Below are positions 25,953-41,155 of a DNA stretch of 64,000 nucleotides, piece by piece. Location of the stretch: positions 62,001 to 126,000 of the forward strand of contig CT868681.1 of the NCBI GenBank assembly GCA_000165425.1, given 5' to 3'. The position numbers and the translations under genes are program-made. The stretch's first letter is position 1. Each line of letters begins with the position of its first letter. Below the pieces are notes generated by a model. It saw nothing but the letters and a program-made list of their open reading frames with translations. It was not told where the DNA came from and searched no databases. This stretch comes from Paramecium tetraurelia. Lineage: Eukaryota.

Positions 25953-27701
25953 ATGATGCTTAATGAGTTTACATCATTCTTTGATAATCTTGATGTTATT
26001 CAGAAAATCAAGCATATTTGGTCTAAGTTTTAACAAAGTACATATGAAGTAAATAAATTATGAAAATTGATAGAAAGATTCAATTATATTCGAATCTGAG
26101 TGTCATAAAATTAGCAGAAAAACTGCAAAGCTAAAACCAATTATAATTCAATTGGGCCAAGAACATTTGTATCTATTTAAGAATATGAATCCTCATGGCA
26201 TGCTACTATTGACTGTAGCAGTGATGTCTATCTAAAAACATGACTAAGGAGTAGTGATCAGATTGCTGAGAAATGGATAATATATTGATATTTTGACAAC
26301 AGATGCAATAGTATTGAAACAATTGTTAGTCTATAAATGCCTATAAACCACTTTTCACGATGAGTTTGGAGTAACCAAAATGATAGGCAAAGGAAGTTTT
26401 GCTAAAGTTTATTTAGCAGCTAAGAAATAGACTGGAATCCAGTATGCGATAAAAGCATTTAACAAAGAATTTATGTTAGAGCAATTCAAAGGGAAGGAAA
26501 GCTTAGAGAATGAAATACGTGTGATGAGAAAATTGAATTAAGAAAATCTAGTTCATTTACACGAGGCTTATGAGACATAGAATTCAATATACTTTGTAAT
26601 TGATCTATTATAAGGAGGGGAACTCCTGACTAGAGCAAAAACTAATTCATTTTCATTAGATACTCTTCAAAAACTAATGTACAACTTTATAAAAGCTTTG
26701 GTACACATTCATAGTAAGAGATGTATACACAGAGATTTGAAACCAGAAAATTTGTTGCTTAAATCCAAAGATTCTAATGTAGATATAGTCATAGCAGATT
26801 TTGGACTTGCAGCATTTCTAGGTGAAGAAATACTTTTTAAAAGATGTGGCACTCCTGGATTTGTTGCACCTGAAATATTGATGTATAAAGAGGATGATCC
26901 CTTTTATGATGAGAAATGTGATATATTTAGTGCTGGGGTTATATTCTATGTCTTATTGACTGGTAAACAACCCTTTTAAGGAGCCGATTATAAGGCAATA
27001 TTGAGAGCAAATAAAAATTGTGAAATCAATTTTAACATTAAACAAATTCAATAGGTATCTTGAATTTTCCTATTTAGTCATCCCCAAAATTATAAGAATT
27101 GATTAAATCAATGTTATAGTAAAATCCGAAAGAGAGACCAAGTGCTGAGGCTTGTTTGTAACATCCTTATTTTGAAGAAATCTTTAACAAAAATGATTTA
27201 GTGGAAATTCATGAAAACTTAATCGAATATGAGATTGAACATGAGCATAGATTATAAAAGAAGGGAAGCTTTGACAGTTAAGTAGGTTCAATGGAATTGT
27301 AAGTTCGAACACCAATTTTGAATGGTAGAACTGATACAATTGGATCTTTATCAGCATGCTCAGGCTAAGGATCGACAAGTCGTTTAGAGAAACCATAATA
27401 ATAATAGTAATCTAAGTTCAGTCAATTCTGTTAAACTATGAAAACAGTGTAATAAGATACTATCACTAATTCAAATTCTATGGCTTCTCCATAAAATAAA
27501 AAAAAAGATTAGCAAGATTTGCATAAATTTGCTTTGAAGAATTCTTATCAACAAAAGTAAACAAGTAAGGATGATGACTTTGTAAATGAAGAATCAGCAC
27601 ATTTAGATGATGCAATCTAGAAATTGAATAGTTAAGCTCCAAAAATAGGAATATTTAAAAAAAGTGCTTCGTTCAAAGTACCAAAATCAACTTAAGAATG
27701 A
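25953..27701 (+). CDS. Ser/Thr protein kinase, CAMK-like, with N-terminal PH-like region
   Basis: IGKGSFAKV, YAIK, HRDLKPEN, DFG, CGTPGFVAPE, DIFSAG; short introns. Confidence 0.93.
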
Positions 27702-29017
27702 TATACCTATTAATGAATTGCCTATTGGATCTAAAATATCAATTCAATACCATTACAATTCCAATTAATCTTAGATCTGTTATAAACCTGTCTATTTCAT
27801 TTATATTCACATTTCATTGGTTTTTCTTATTTTTAGAGATTAATGGTATAATTAATCAGGAGTTTCACTCTTAAATGTCGATAAAATATCATTTAAGGAA
27901 TACTCTCTTAATTTCAATCTAATCTCTCAAAATTCTAAGTATTTATGTTCTATTTAAAATAATCTAGTTTGAAGCTCCCTTTGTTCTTCCAATTTCATCT
28001 CTTCTCATATATTATTAATAGCTCGCCCTTATTATACTATGTTCTAACCAACCTCTTACTTATAATATTAGTCTTATATTTTCTCCTTTTTTATAAATTT
28101 TCTTAATTTATTTTTAAGTTAACTTTTATTATTTATTTTCTAATATTTAATCCTTATCAATATTTATCCTTATTAAATCTTTGAATTTAATGGGGTTTTT
28201 CTTAATTACTATAATTTATCATTAAAATCTAATGTCTAGTCATTTAACAATTTTCTATAATATCACTTATATCCATTAAAGTTAATTATATTAAAAAAAA
28301 CTGGTTATAATAGTCTTATAAGCTTCAACTCATTCATCATCTGAATCATATAATGCATAAATTTATAATATTATCCCATCTAATTAGTTTAGTAAATATT
28401 CTCATTAATTATATTTGAAATTGAACTATTTAATTAATAAATTTAATTATACGATTAAATATGAACTTACTCCGCGGATTTAATCCATTATATATTAACT
28501 ATTAAGGAGCATTCTTCTTAAAATTGATCAAAATTATAATTATTCAAAAGATAATCATTAATTTTTAAAATGCATCAGGACTAAATAGAAAAGTAATATG
28601 ATGTAATAAATTATGAATTATAATTAGACTATTAAAATCAAACAAGTAATCTAAATTTAAATAGAATCCTGGGTACAATTGATATTTAAGAAAAGAAACA
28701 TAAATAAGGAATCAATAATAGAAATTGATTCAACAATTTTCAGCATTTCTACTTTTTAAGTAATCCTGAATGCTTTCAATTGACTTTTACAATTATAGTA
28801 ATTTAAATTCTAGAATTGATTTTGAGTTAAGAAAATCTCTCATTTATCAAAAGAAAACCAGTCTGATTTAGGCATTCAAAATTTATTATATAAATTGCAA
28901 TAATCATTTTATAGATTATTAGAATAATGAATGAAATTGATATAGAAAAGAGAATTTGTATATGAAAGAAAATTGAATTGAAATTCTCTATATAATAAAT
29001 ATGCTTATATGAAATAT

Positions 29018-31439
29018 TCATTTTTTATTAAATATAGTTTTCACAATTGAATGATTGTTAGTCATTAAATTATTTGAAGTTGAATTATGAGAGCTTAATT
29101 GTTTTGTTTTTCCTAATCTTGTTTTGCTAAAAAACTAATCTTTAGGTTTGAAGCGTGATTATTTTGAGAAATTCAACAAGACTTTACTTAAATTCTTATC
29201 CTGATGATAATGGGAGAACTCCATATGTAAATCAAAATTGTTTAGATCCTCTTTTTTAAAGTTTATAAACTCTTAATGCATATTCTCTAAAATAGATTCT
29301 TCTTTATTTAACATTTATTTATTCTCATCTTTTTTCAATAGATTTTTATAGATCATACGTTTCATTTTTGGTATAGATGCATGGTGTTCTTGCAATTTTT
29401 AGATAACTTTCAAAGATTTAAGTTTTACATCCTCAATCGTTTATTATTTTTCTTCAATATCAACATACCCAAATTTTTTAAGGGTTGTATCATTAATCCC
29501 TTCATTTAGTAGTTCATTTTCATACATATAATTGACAGCAGCAGAAAGATTATATTATGCTGAAACTAAAGTAGATGATGGCATTCTTTATTTTCTTTTG
29601 TGACTGTATCTAGGTTAAATGATGGCTTCACTGTAATCACATACGACCACATCTGTTGGAGGACTATAAAATACAACTGGACATTTTCTAAAATGATGAA
29701 GTTAAGAGCAGATTTCACATTTTAATTGTTCAGTCTAATAGAGTAATTAATCCTTCATTTAACAGTATTATTCTTAATGAGATTGTTTTTCTCTAATGAT
29801 AACTTTGAAATCCTAAGGTTTGATTATATATTAATACTTCATACAAAATGTAAGCAATTTCAGTGAATTGAGTAGCTTTTAAAGAGTAATGTATAGGTTT
29901 CTGGAGTAAAAATTCCCTAATCCCTAGAGATCCTTCAGATTGTTATTAGATTGAGACTTTATTAATTTATACATCTACTTCCCCTTAGATAAGAAAATAT
30001 GCTTTGTTAATTGAATCATTCTCCTAAAAGATCATCTAACCAGGAATAAATTTTTGTATTTAAACCACACTGCATAATTGATTCAAAAGATTATCATCGA
30101 ATTTCTTAAAGAGTTTGCATTTGGTTAGAATTGGCTTATATATGCTGGTTCTAAATTCTAATTTGAGATCTTCATTGAGATTGTCCATAAGTAATTCTGG
30201 ACTCTCATCAAGAGTGAAGAAGTATTCAAAATACTTTCTAATTTTCATTTGCAGAACTGGATTTATTCTATTTTTCTTCATATATGAGTTAATTTTAGCC
30301 ATTTTATTGCGATGCTAATCAGTTTTCTCTCTTAGCTATCCAAATATATTTTAAATGGACGAAATTGTATAACCAAAAACAAGTGAGGTTATCAACACCA
30401 TGATAATTAAGAAGACTTATTCAACTAATGTCTATGGTACTATATCACCAAAACCAACGGTAAATGAAGTCACAGTACCAAAGTATAGAGATACAACATA
30501 TCTATTAACCCAATCTTTTTCTGAATAGCCATACTTAATGAGCCAGCCTGTATTATTTTCAAAGAATTCTTGAATGCCTATGTAATGCCAAGCGCAACCA
30601 CTAACATGTGCCACAAATATCAAAAATATCATCAATTTCAATACATCTATAGGGGCTGCGAACTTTTCTCTTATCATGGTTACTTCCTCGATTTATTCAA
30701 ATATTTTATTGACTCTGGTTATTCTTAATAGCAATACAAAATTAAGGTAAGGGATATTATATTGAGATATAAGGAATGGTATAACTACCAGCAAATCCTT
30801 AAAGAAGTCTCCTTTAATGTAATGTTGAAATATTTTAGTTCTATCTTCATGGATCATACCTTTATAATAATATGCAGTGTTGAAATTGATAATGATTTCC
30901 ATTAAAAATACCCAACTCGGAATTGTACTGAATAAAAAGTCGACAGTTTGAGCATTGTTCTATAATGAAAAGGAGAGTTACATTGGGATATAAAAGATAT
31001 TCATAACTATTAATATTAGAATTGTGCAATCGACCAACAATTTGATTTTGCTATCAGGTTTAATCACTCCTATTTGCATCTCAACCCAAAAGTTATAGAT
31101 CAATAAACTCTTTATGTAAGATTGGAAGGTCCATTTCTAATTAACCAATCCTTTCGCTTAATAGTACCAATAATCTGATGCTTTGTCTCCAATTATTTGG
31201 TATATCCTATGAGTAATCTGTCTGAGTCTATAATGATCAACTGCAGTCTTCAACTTCACCATGAATTTGGTGGCCGTACAGAAAATCTTTAAAGAATTCT
31301 TCTTCCACATTATGTCGAATCCTTCAACCTATGAGTTCTCGGGCGACTCATCATCAGCATAGTGATGAGTATCAGGTTTCGTAAGTTCTCCGCGGCCAGT
31401 GAATATTCTTTCAGTATGAAAACCATTAAAATTCATCAT
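29018..31439 (-). CDS. Cyclic-nucleotide-binding-domain K+ channel (EAG/CNG-like), 798 aa
   Basis: S1-S6 helices, pore TVGFGDI, C-linker KIRKYFEY, CNBD; one 25-nt intron near 29813-29837 gives a 2397-nt frame. Confidence 0.92.
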
Positions 31440-34277
31440 TATTGTTAATAATAACCATATAATGCTTTAAAATTAAATGACATTTTAAATTTTTAAGTTC
31501 GTGCCCATTCACTGGTATCTGACAATGTATTTTGACTCAGTTCTTCCAACTTTCTTTGCAATCTCTAAAACCCTTCCTACGACACAGATCCCTAAAAAGT
31601 CAATGTCATTATTTTAATTAAATTTATCTCATGATTTAATTAGTCCAGGAACTTAGCTCTCTTCGCATGTGTGGATACTGCTTCAATATTCTTGAAGCAT
31701 TAACTAACAATAAATGACATAATTGAATCAGTAACCGATTAATCCAAATTAATTTAGGCCAAAACAACAGCCTGCTCATTCAGCACCGTTAACCATTATA
31801 TGACATATGGTCTTGGTATCATATCCATTCCTTAAGGCTAATCAAGGTTTAATAACTTCACATAACTCTGGAGACATGGCTGGTAATACTTAGACAAAAT
31901 TCCATTTATTTATTATTGAATTGGTTCAGCAAATTCTTTGAAGGTTTTTTGTTTCTTTGAATTTGAATACACACTCTAAGCCAACTCTTTGATCTGACTA
32001 GAAATCAACTTTATATTATGCAAAAATATCAGATAATCTTGGGCCTCCTTGCAACTCGATTAAATGTAATTCAGACTGTCTTGCACTAATTGCAAAAATA
32101 GTTATCCATCTACATTTTTATTCTTAGATATCCTATCGCAATATTATAAATCCTTACATAAGTATCTCGTTAAATATCTGCAATATGAATTCAGAAAAAT
32201 TCACCCCGAAAAAGTCTCTTTGAGGAACCACAAAATTGGGTTTTACCTATTTTAATGTGTAATTTGAGAATTGCAAGGATAATGACTAAACCTCTATATC
32301 ATTTATAGAATTATCTATCTTTGGGGTCTCTCCAAAAAGATTTCCTATTATCTATGCCATATTCTTAATCGATTCAATATCCTGATTTATTCTTTAACAC
32401 AATATCGCACTATATTGTTAACTAAACCAAGACTTTTAAGTCGAATCCAAGAACTATAACAATTTATTCTCAATTTCCTCCTTCAATTTTTGCATATTTG
32501 GATTCAGATTAAGATCTCGACATAAGTTTTAAAACTATTTCACTTGTTTACTGAATTTGCCACTTACAAAACTTTCTAAAGCTTTGCAGTTTTATAGTTG
32601 TAATTCCTTTTAAGGCAATGAACATTATTAGAGGAATTCAATAATAAAATCACCTCTGATCATCTCAACTTAGTAGGCTTCATTCTCCCTCTATTGCAAA
32701 GTCTTATTAAAGTAAGCATTGAAGCTTGTCTTTATAGATTGCTAAAGATTATTAACAATATCTTAAGTACTATTCTAAGTCAGATTTAGTTCATTAATGT
32801 ATTCGGCTATTTCTAAAATCTAATTGTAATCCAGATTGTCTTGCTTAATCTATTGAAGCATGTCATTGTATATTTATTTCATTACTTGATTTATCTATTC
32901 ATTCAACTATTTAAACAATGATATATTTTTGTACTAATTCATATTCTCCTTTTATAGAGAAATGAGTTTCATCACTCGAGCATTATTTCTTTGTAGATAG
33001 GCTTCTTTTAATTAATTTGGCAATTAAACATATTATTCGCATTTCCTGATATAATCAATTACTGATTTCAGTTTTTCTTAGCTCATTCTTAGCTAATTCA
33101 TTGATTATGAAATAGAATTTAATTTAGACAGTAATTGAAATGTTCTTTTAGACAGAGAACCTAGAATTAAGATTTGATCAACTTGCATAGGTTGGCCTGA
33201 CTTATCATTAGATGCCAATGACTTTTTCCTTTTGATTTAATCTTTAAATTCTTTGGAAATGAATTCATTATGAATTTACAAAATGCCTTAGTTAATACAG
33301 AAGAAATCATCTATAAAATAGTAGACGATATTCTTATTCATCTCTATATTTTATTATTAGAGCATAGTCATAGATTCCTTTGTAATTTATGGCTAAACTA
33401 TTTTTAAGAATGTCTAGGCATCAAATTAAGGAGAGTCTAGATGAATTTTAACAATCAATTTATCCAAATTCTTATTTTATTGTTTAATTTGTTCAACTGA
33501 TTCTACATCAATAACAGCATTTAAACTTTCGGCTATTTACTTTTTTTTTAATGCTGCACTTCTATTTTTATTAGATTTAGTAGTTCTTTGTTAAGGAACG
33601 AAAGGATTATAGAAAGTCTTAATTAAATACTCAGGATTACCATCCCATTATAAAGTAATGTGTTCTAATTTCTTCTATCTTTTATTTTGTTCTCTTTATA
33701 AGTTCAGGTTCTCAGGAGGAGGCTAATCAGATTCTTTCCATGAAGTTTATTTGTTATGCTCTTAAATTTATTAGATTCTAACAGTCTTGTACCAATTATC
33801 GAATTATTCCTTGAGTTTTTTAATTTCAAGGATGGATTCAAGATTAAAATGAGGCCTCTCATCCTTTAGGAACTTAATTATTTTGAAAGCAATAAGCCCT
33901 TTATCTTACAACTTTTTATCAGCCAAAACGTGAGTAGATAATGAAAGCAATTTGTATTCATCATCTTCAAGATCTGCAAATACTTTAATGAATTCAATTC
34001 TTTGAGGGTGTTTTTCTAGAATATTCAGAAATAATTCAGCACTATAATAAGCAGATTTCCTTAGACTGCCATCAACTTTTGATTTATTTCCTATACAATA
34101 CAATAATCCATATGGTAATTGCTCATTGCCTACTAAATATAATCGAATTTCTTAGGAAGTTAATTGCATCTTGAATGTGTCTAATTGTTTTAGATATTTT
34201 GATGTCTTAACTTTGATTTTCTATTGGGATTCTTTGATTTTGGTTAAGACAGCTATAATTTATTGCTAATTATTCAT
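31436..34277 (-). CDS. Large helical-rod protein, probably exocyst subunit Sec5/EXOC2-like (938 aa)
   Basis: DSPQFDAQTFLKIVQ (compare Sec5 S..FD...FL..VH), VQLPNQLKEA, PRPYVIQWL; one 25-nt intron; 2817-nt frame. Confidence 0.55.
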
Positions 34278-34292
34278 TAAATATATATAATG

Positions 34293-36618
34293 TCATTTAT
34301 TAATCTTTGGAAGATTGTTTTGGCTTTGACTCATTTATGAACCTGTTTAATAGAATTACTGATTGGCTTGACTATTGGGTCTGTCCTTGTCATTCTAATA
34401 TCTCTCTTTATCAATTTTATCTCTATTGTTTTTTGATTTATCTTGCATTTATTTGTATCCAACGCCAAACTAAAAAATAATGCCGGATGTATACTCTTCC
34501 CATTCTTTCTGGAGAAGTCTCTTTAGGAGGGAAATGAGCCCATCCTCTATAATCTCCCAACTATCCCTTAAATTTATCTAACTCCTTATCACATGAAGCA
34601 CATGACCAAAGTTGTTTCTTAGCAAACAGGCCTTCCTAATCTTTGGATCCTCCTTCTCCTTCGAGCATCATGAATATTTGATTGATCTATTGAATTAGTA
34701 ATAAAAAATCATACTCTCTGTTCAAGATAGATCAAAGCCTTCTTAGTTTCAGACTTATTCGCTAATTATTTGATGAGAGCTTAAACAACTTCCTCTAATC
34801 TGGAGACAAGATCATTTTAAAGCTTTTCCAAATCTTCAAGTTCAGCCTTCTTTTCCAATTTAATTCTTAATTCTTCAATTTATTTGGTTAATTCATCTCT
34901 GACCTATTTTAGTTTAGGTTCAAAGAGGGCTAAGAGATCTTCTCTTGTGACCACTCCATCAATCTTCTTTCCAAATTAAGCTATCTTTGCCTTGTTAGTA
35001 TCTTAATCCTTTTTCATTTGCTCTTGGATTTCTCTTAATTCCTATAAACCAGAAATGATCGAATCAGTTTTAGTTTATTTCATCTTATTTTCTATCTCAG
35101 CAATCTTTAATTAAATTTACTATGAATTTTATTAAAATTGAGATTTATGATTGATTAGTTCTCTAATGATATGATAAATATAATAATTACTATTCATTTT
35201 AAGCTACTTGATCTTGTAGTTCTTTAAAAGTATTTAAAAAGTCTGGACTTAATTAAGGTCCTTTGGTTGGACTATTATCTAATTGCGGTTGGGATCCCCG
35301 CTTAGATTTGTTGAGAATATCTTTTAATTAAGTAAGTTCATTCTTGATCTTTTCTTATTCAGACAAATCACCTTTTTTGTTAAGATTTAATTTGAACTCT
35401 CTTCTGACTTTTTCAATTTCTTCATCAATATGATCATATGTTTATTTTTGTTACAATGCAACTTTTTAGCCAAGATTTGTTAGATCTGATTGAGTAGCAT
35501 AATTCTCTAATAAGGCTCTAATCTTATTGATTTCTGCCAGAATGATGACCATTTGATTTTCTCCCACATTATTGCCTTCCTCACCTGAATTACCAAATGA
35601 AGCCAGATTTAGTTATGTTTGTAATTATTCTAATAAAGTAAACAACTTTTTGATGTCGTTTTTGATAATCAAAAGATCTTCAGCATCAACATTAGATGCT
35701 CCTCCTGTAACTCCTTCCCTATTTTTTTTCCTCAATTCATCAACCAATTCAAATAATTTTTAAATCTCTTCTTCATGATTATCCAACTTCTTATTGATAT
35801 CAGATAAATCGACTTCAGAATTTGGTTGCTCAACGTAATCTTAGTCTTTCAATGAGATTGGTTACAACAAACTTTTCGGCTGATTGTTCATTTGTTTAAG
35901 TAATTCCTTATATTAGGATTCTAAGGTAACACACATATCAATTACCTAGTTATGCCAATCGATTTAAGACATCCTTTAGAGAATCATCTGATAATGGCTT
36001 AGATTAGATTTGGTACACATTGGTATCTGGCTTTTGCGATGATAAATCTGACAATAATTTATTTTGATCAGTGATTAGTTTACGGAGTTTGTCCAACTCC
36101 TCATTAATTGTATCAATTTATTGCTACTTCTAAATGATATCTTCTGCATTCTTATTTATTTGCTATTACTCTTATTCCTAAGCCTTAGCGATCTCCTTAA
36201 TTTAGATATCTTAATCTCTCAAAATATTATCTAAGATAGTTACATTTCATACCAAATCTTTGTTTTAATGCTTGCAACTCTGCTTTGGTAGCAAAATTCT
36301 AATGGATTTCCTTCACTTGAGAATCAATCACATCAACTTTATCTTTTGTATCAGTCTATTATGATTCCTCTCTCAATTTCTACCATTTAATAGTAAGTTT
36401 ACCTGCACCCAATCACTATTGTCCTTCACCTACCCGTTTATGAGTATCATGCCCTTATGTAACTGTTTAAGAATGGAAATAATGACGGAAAAATTCTTCT
36501 ACAGGATCTCTTCCGAAAATGTAACTTGCATCATCTTGTCCAGGCTCATATTAGCTAAATCCGAATCAAAAGAGGTGAAGTTGGGATCAAATATCACATT
36601 TATAATTTGTTCATCCAT
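34293..36618 (-). CDS. Long coiled-coil protein with C-terminal CxxC motif (LFAKKQLWSCASCDK)
   Basis: MDEQIINVIFDPNF...; heptad-rich; multiple short introns; TGA at 34293-34295. Confidence 0.8.
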
Positions 36619-36631
36619 TTTAATTAAATTA

Positions 36632-37157
36632 ATGAATAGATTCTTTTTCACAGGACAAGCCACTCCTCTAGAAAACAGCGAATTCGATGACGAGTACACT
36701 CTCAAAGTACCCTCGGAAGATGAAGTCAGAATTGTGGCTATTAGATTAAGAAATTGTATAGTCCTCTTCCAATTATATTACTCTAGGCCAATATTTTCTG
36801 ACAGGTGTAGATGTTTGCAGAGAAAAAATCTTCAGAAAGCACGTTGAAGATTAAAAGGCCACTCCCAATGGTTTCTTGCCCTGCAAACCACTCGTAGATA
36901 GCTATTATTATTGCATTTCATAAGTATATATATATCTCATTGATCATCAGGGATCATACGGATAATCAGTCTCAGACGCCCCAACTGAAGCATAAGATAA
37001 TCTATAAAAATTTCAAAGCTGCTTATTCAACAAATTGAATCCAGCCAACTATTGTAAAGGGTTATAATATATAATAAATATTCTTAGATTCGCAAGTAAA
37101 GCAGTCAGAGATTTGTATCATCTCCCAGGCACCAAAATTAAGGATACAACAATTTGA
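36632..37157 (+). CDS. Small twin-CX9C protein, candidate mitochondrial intermembrane-space protein
   Basis: Spliced product (3 introns) contains CQYFLTGVDVC and CKPLVDSYYYC plus CLFNKLNPANYC. Confidence 0.75.
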
Positions 37158-37211
37158 TTACGCATAATCCATAATAACAATAAAAAAATCAAAACTAAAA
37201 TTATTTAAATT

Positions 37212-38301
37212 TCAATCACCATCTCCACCATTATTGTCATCATCATCTTATTATTTCTTCTTTTGCGTATGTCTCCTATCCCTTTTCTAATTTTTATCCT
37301 TGTTATCACGACTGTTCTGTCTGTTTCTAGTTCCCCTCTTTTTTTATCTATTTTATTGGTCAATCAACTTCATCAAAATTTCATTGTTCAAATCATTGTC
37401 ATCAGATTCCTCACTCTATTATTATTATTGTTATTATTGCATATTAGGAGGATACATCGGAGGGAACATTCCAAAAGGATTCTACATTTGCATCATGCCC
37501 TATTACTGTAATAGTTGCTATTAAGGCATTAATCCATACTATTATTATATCATTTGTTGTCTTGAGTGATCAAAGTCATCTATTCTCTATTTCAATGACT
37601 TGATTTCATTCAAAATATGCTATTTTTACAAGTCGTCTCTCTCGTACAATAATTATGCCAAACTGTCATCCTTCTCTGCTTCAAATACTGGTTTCCTACT
37701 CCCCACCAAAGTAGACAGTTATTAAATATATTGATTTTGCTCTTCTATTTGTTTCTGCATATTCAGCAATTTCTAGTTCCCTTGAATTGCAGTAGACTAG
37801 GGTCTCGTCTAATTCTACTTACTTTGAATCGATGCCTTCCTTTGCATTTGCTAAGGCTATATTTCTGGATAATCTCCAGCCTACATAGACTTGTTTAATT
37901 TTATGTTCTAAACTTATTATTGATCGGTTTATAACGACTCCATCGGCGTTGTGTTTTAAACATTGAAAGTAGGTTAATAGTTTTTGTAATATATTTGGTT
38001 ATGTTCATTCCTCTGCTTGTCTTTCTGAATCAAATCCCTTTATAATTGCATAGATTGCTATTCTAAATACAATAGTTGATCCTCTTTCTCCTTCATTCTC
38101 GTATTATAATCACTAACCTTTTTAAGCATTTTTTAATACTGTCTGCTCCTATTATTACATTAACTATATCAGTTAATCAAACTTCTATTTATTTGAATGC
38201 GCTTAAATCAGAGGATGATACCCAACACCATATCCACTAGGTGGAGCTTTGGAAAACATGTTCTGTCCTAACATCTAAAAGGTATTTTAGTATTGATCCA
38301 T
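37212..38301 (-). CDS. Hypothetical Q/M/P-rich coiled-coil protein
   Basis: MDQYQNTFQMLGQNMFSKAPPSG...; poly-Q encoded by TAA runs; ends DDDDNNGGDGD*; the span is not a multiple of 3, so an intron is probably unresolved. Confidence 0.7.
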
Positions 38302-38545
38302 TCAATTAAAATGAAATTTTATTATGCATTAATTTAAAGTTCAGAATAGAGTAGTATGAAATACTTAAAAATATTATTCAATTTGTTTTAGAATTAATAC
38401 AAAATATATCTCCCACAATTTAATTAATAGCAGTTACTCAAATCTTCAAATCCCAAGACAATCCACATTCATCATTTATAAATATATTCAAAGATTTGCT
38501 ATTATAAAATAAAGCGACTTTTCTGATTCTTTATAGCTAAGTTTA

Positions 38546-39420
38546 ATGAATCATCATTAAAAAATTAATAAGTTTATGCAAATAGTAAGATTGAATTTTA
38601 AAGCAGACACCTGCAGGAATCGACCCCTTAAATCGCCAGAGAAACGATAAACTACGACCATTCAGTTTCCCAACTACATTTTCTTGGGCCCCTCGGAAAA
38701 CATTAAAATTGTGAAATTTTCAAAGACCATTATTTCAAGCAGTATCAAATTGATAAGGTCAACCTCTCCACAAAAAATTCAAAACATAAGTTTAGCTGTG
38801 GAATTTGCTCATGCATAACCCAAACATTAAAAAACCTAAAGTGTTCAACTTAGTTAATAAAATGTTGACTAACTTTTCAAAGCTAAATTCTAGAATCATG
38901 AATCAATTCAAGGGAAACCATATCCTTCAACAAAATATAGTTATGGACTTGTCAATAATCATAAATCTGAAATGACCTTGGACACTATAAGTGATTACCC
39001 AAATACTCCAACTTTAACAGTTCCTGCGTTAAAAGTTGTTGATAAGGCCAGCAATGTTTGGAGTGGAAATAGGTTCAATTTATCGAAGAAGATAACTGGA
39101 TAAATCCAATTCCAAAATGGATTTGTTTATGAGGGAGAATTATTGAATTTTGATGATACAGTCATTCTAGATGGACAAGGAACACTATATTCTAATGGAT
39201 CCAAATTACGAGTTATTTATGAAGGAAGATGGAAGAACAACTTATTTCATGGCAAGGGGAAGTATTTCAATCAATACTAAATTGAATCTTCCAAAGATTG
39301 GCATTTCAATTGGAGAATGATTTAAGGTATGATATAAAAATATACATTATAGGCACTTTCAATAATGGAGAAATTATACAATGTAAAATTGATTTTTTCT
39401 TAAGTGAAGAGATACTGTTA
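38546..39420 (+). CDS. Protein with C-terminal MORN-like repeats (both ends uncertain)
   Basis: NGFVYEGELL...DGQGTLY, IYEGRWKNNLFHGKGKYF; intron near 39327-39351. Confidence 0.6.
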
Positions 39421-40058
39421 CATAATATAGATTACTAAAAATGAATTAAGCACTATTTAACCATTAAATGATTATATCATCTACTATATAAACTCGAATT
39501 ATTAGTTTTATTATGATTAGATAGATCCATTCGAAATTCACTTCAATATTCTAGTACTTGCTGTCGCAATGAATGTTAATTCTATTATCTAAGTTATTTC
39601 ACAATTACTGTCCTTATGGCAAATAATCGGATTACAATTTTAATTTTATATATTATCTGGTAAATCTACTAATCTTTATTTTGATCTCAAAATATAAATA
39701 TTAGCATGATATCAATTCATATTGATAATCACCTCTAATTTAATTTTTAGTATCATATCCAAAATATGTAATATTTTTATCTAAATTATTAACATTAATT
39801 TAAGATTAATTTTCAATCATATTCTACTTTAATGATGATTCAAGTAAGACAGTTTCAAATAAGCAAAATGATATATAAGCAAAATAAGTCATACGTTAAT
39901 AATTCTCTATTTATAAAGCTATTCTATAAAATGGTCATCTAATTCGAAAAACTTAAGAAATTTTGATCTGAATTGATTAATCAAGTCTGTAAACATAATA
40001 ATAATAATTAATTAGTCTATTTAAGTTATTTAAATATATATAAATTCTCTGATTTTAA

Positions 40059-41124
<1,066 letters not shown>

Positions 41125-41155
41125 TTTGATATTTTCTTTTATTAATAAATATACG

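Noticed and set aside
33618..33640. Apparent 23-nt GTA...AAG intron in the Sec5-like gene
   Set aside because: The frame reads through without it, and splicing would introduce a stop.
36419..36847. 142-aa plus-strand ORF
   Set aside because: Chimera of antisense sequence from the coiled-coil gene with exon 1 and intron 1 of the CX9C gene.
37415..37442. (TTA)n microsatellite
   Set aside because: Encodes a poly-Gln tract (TAA codons) on the minus strand.
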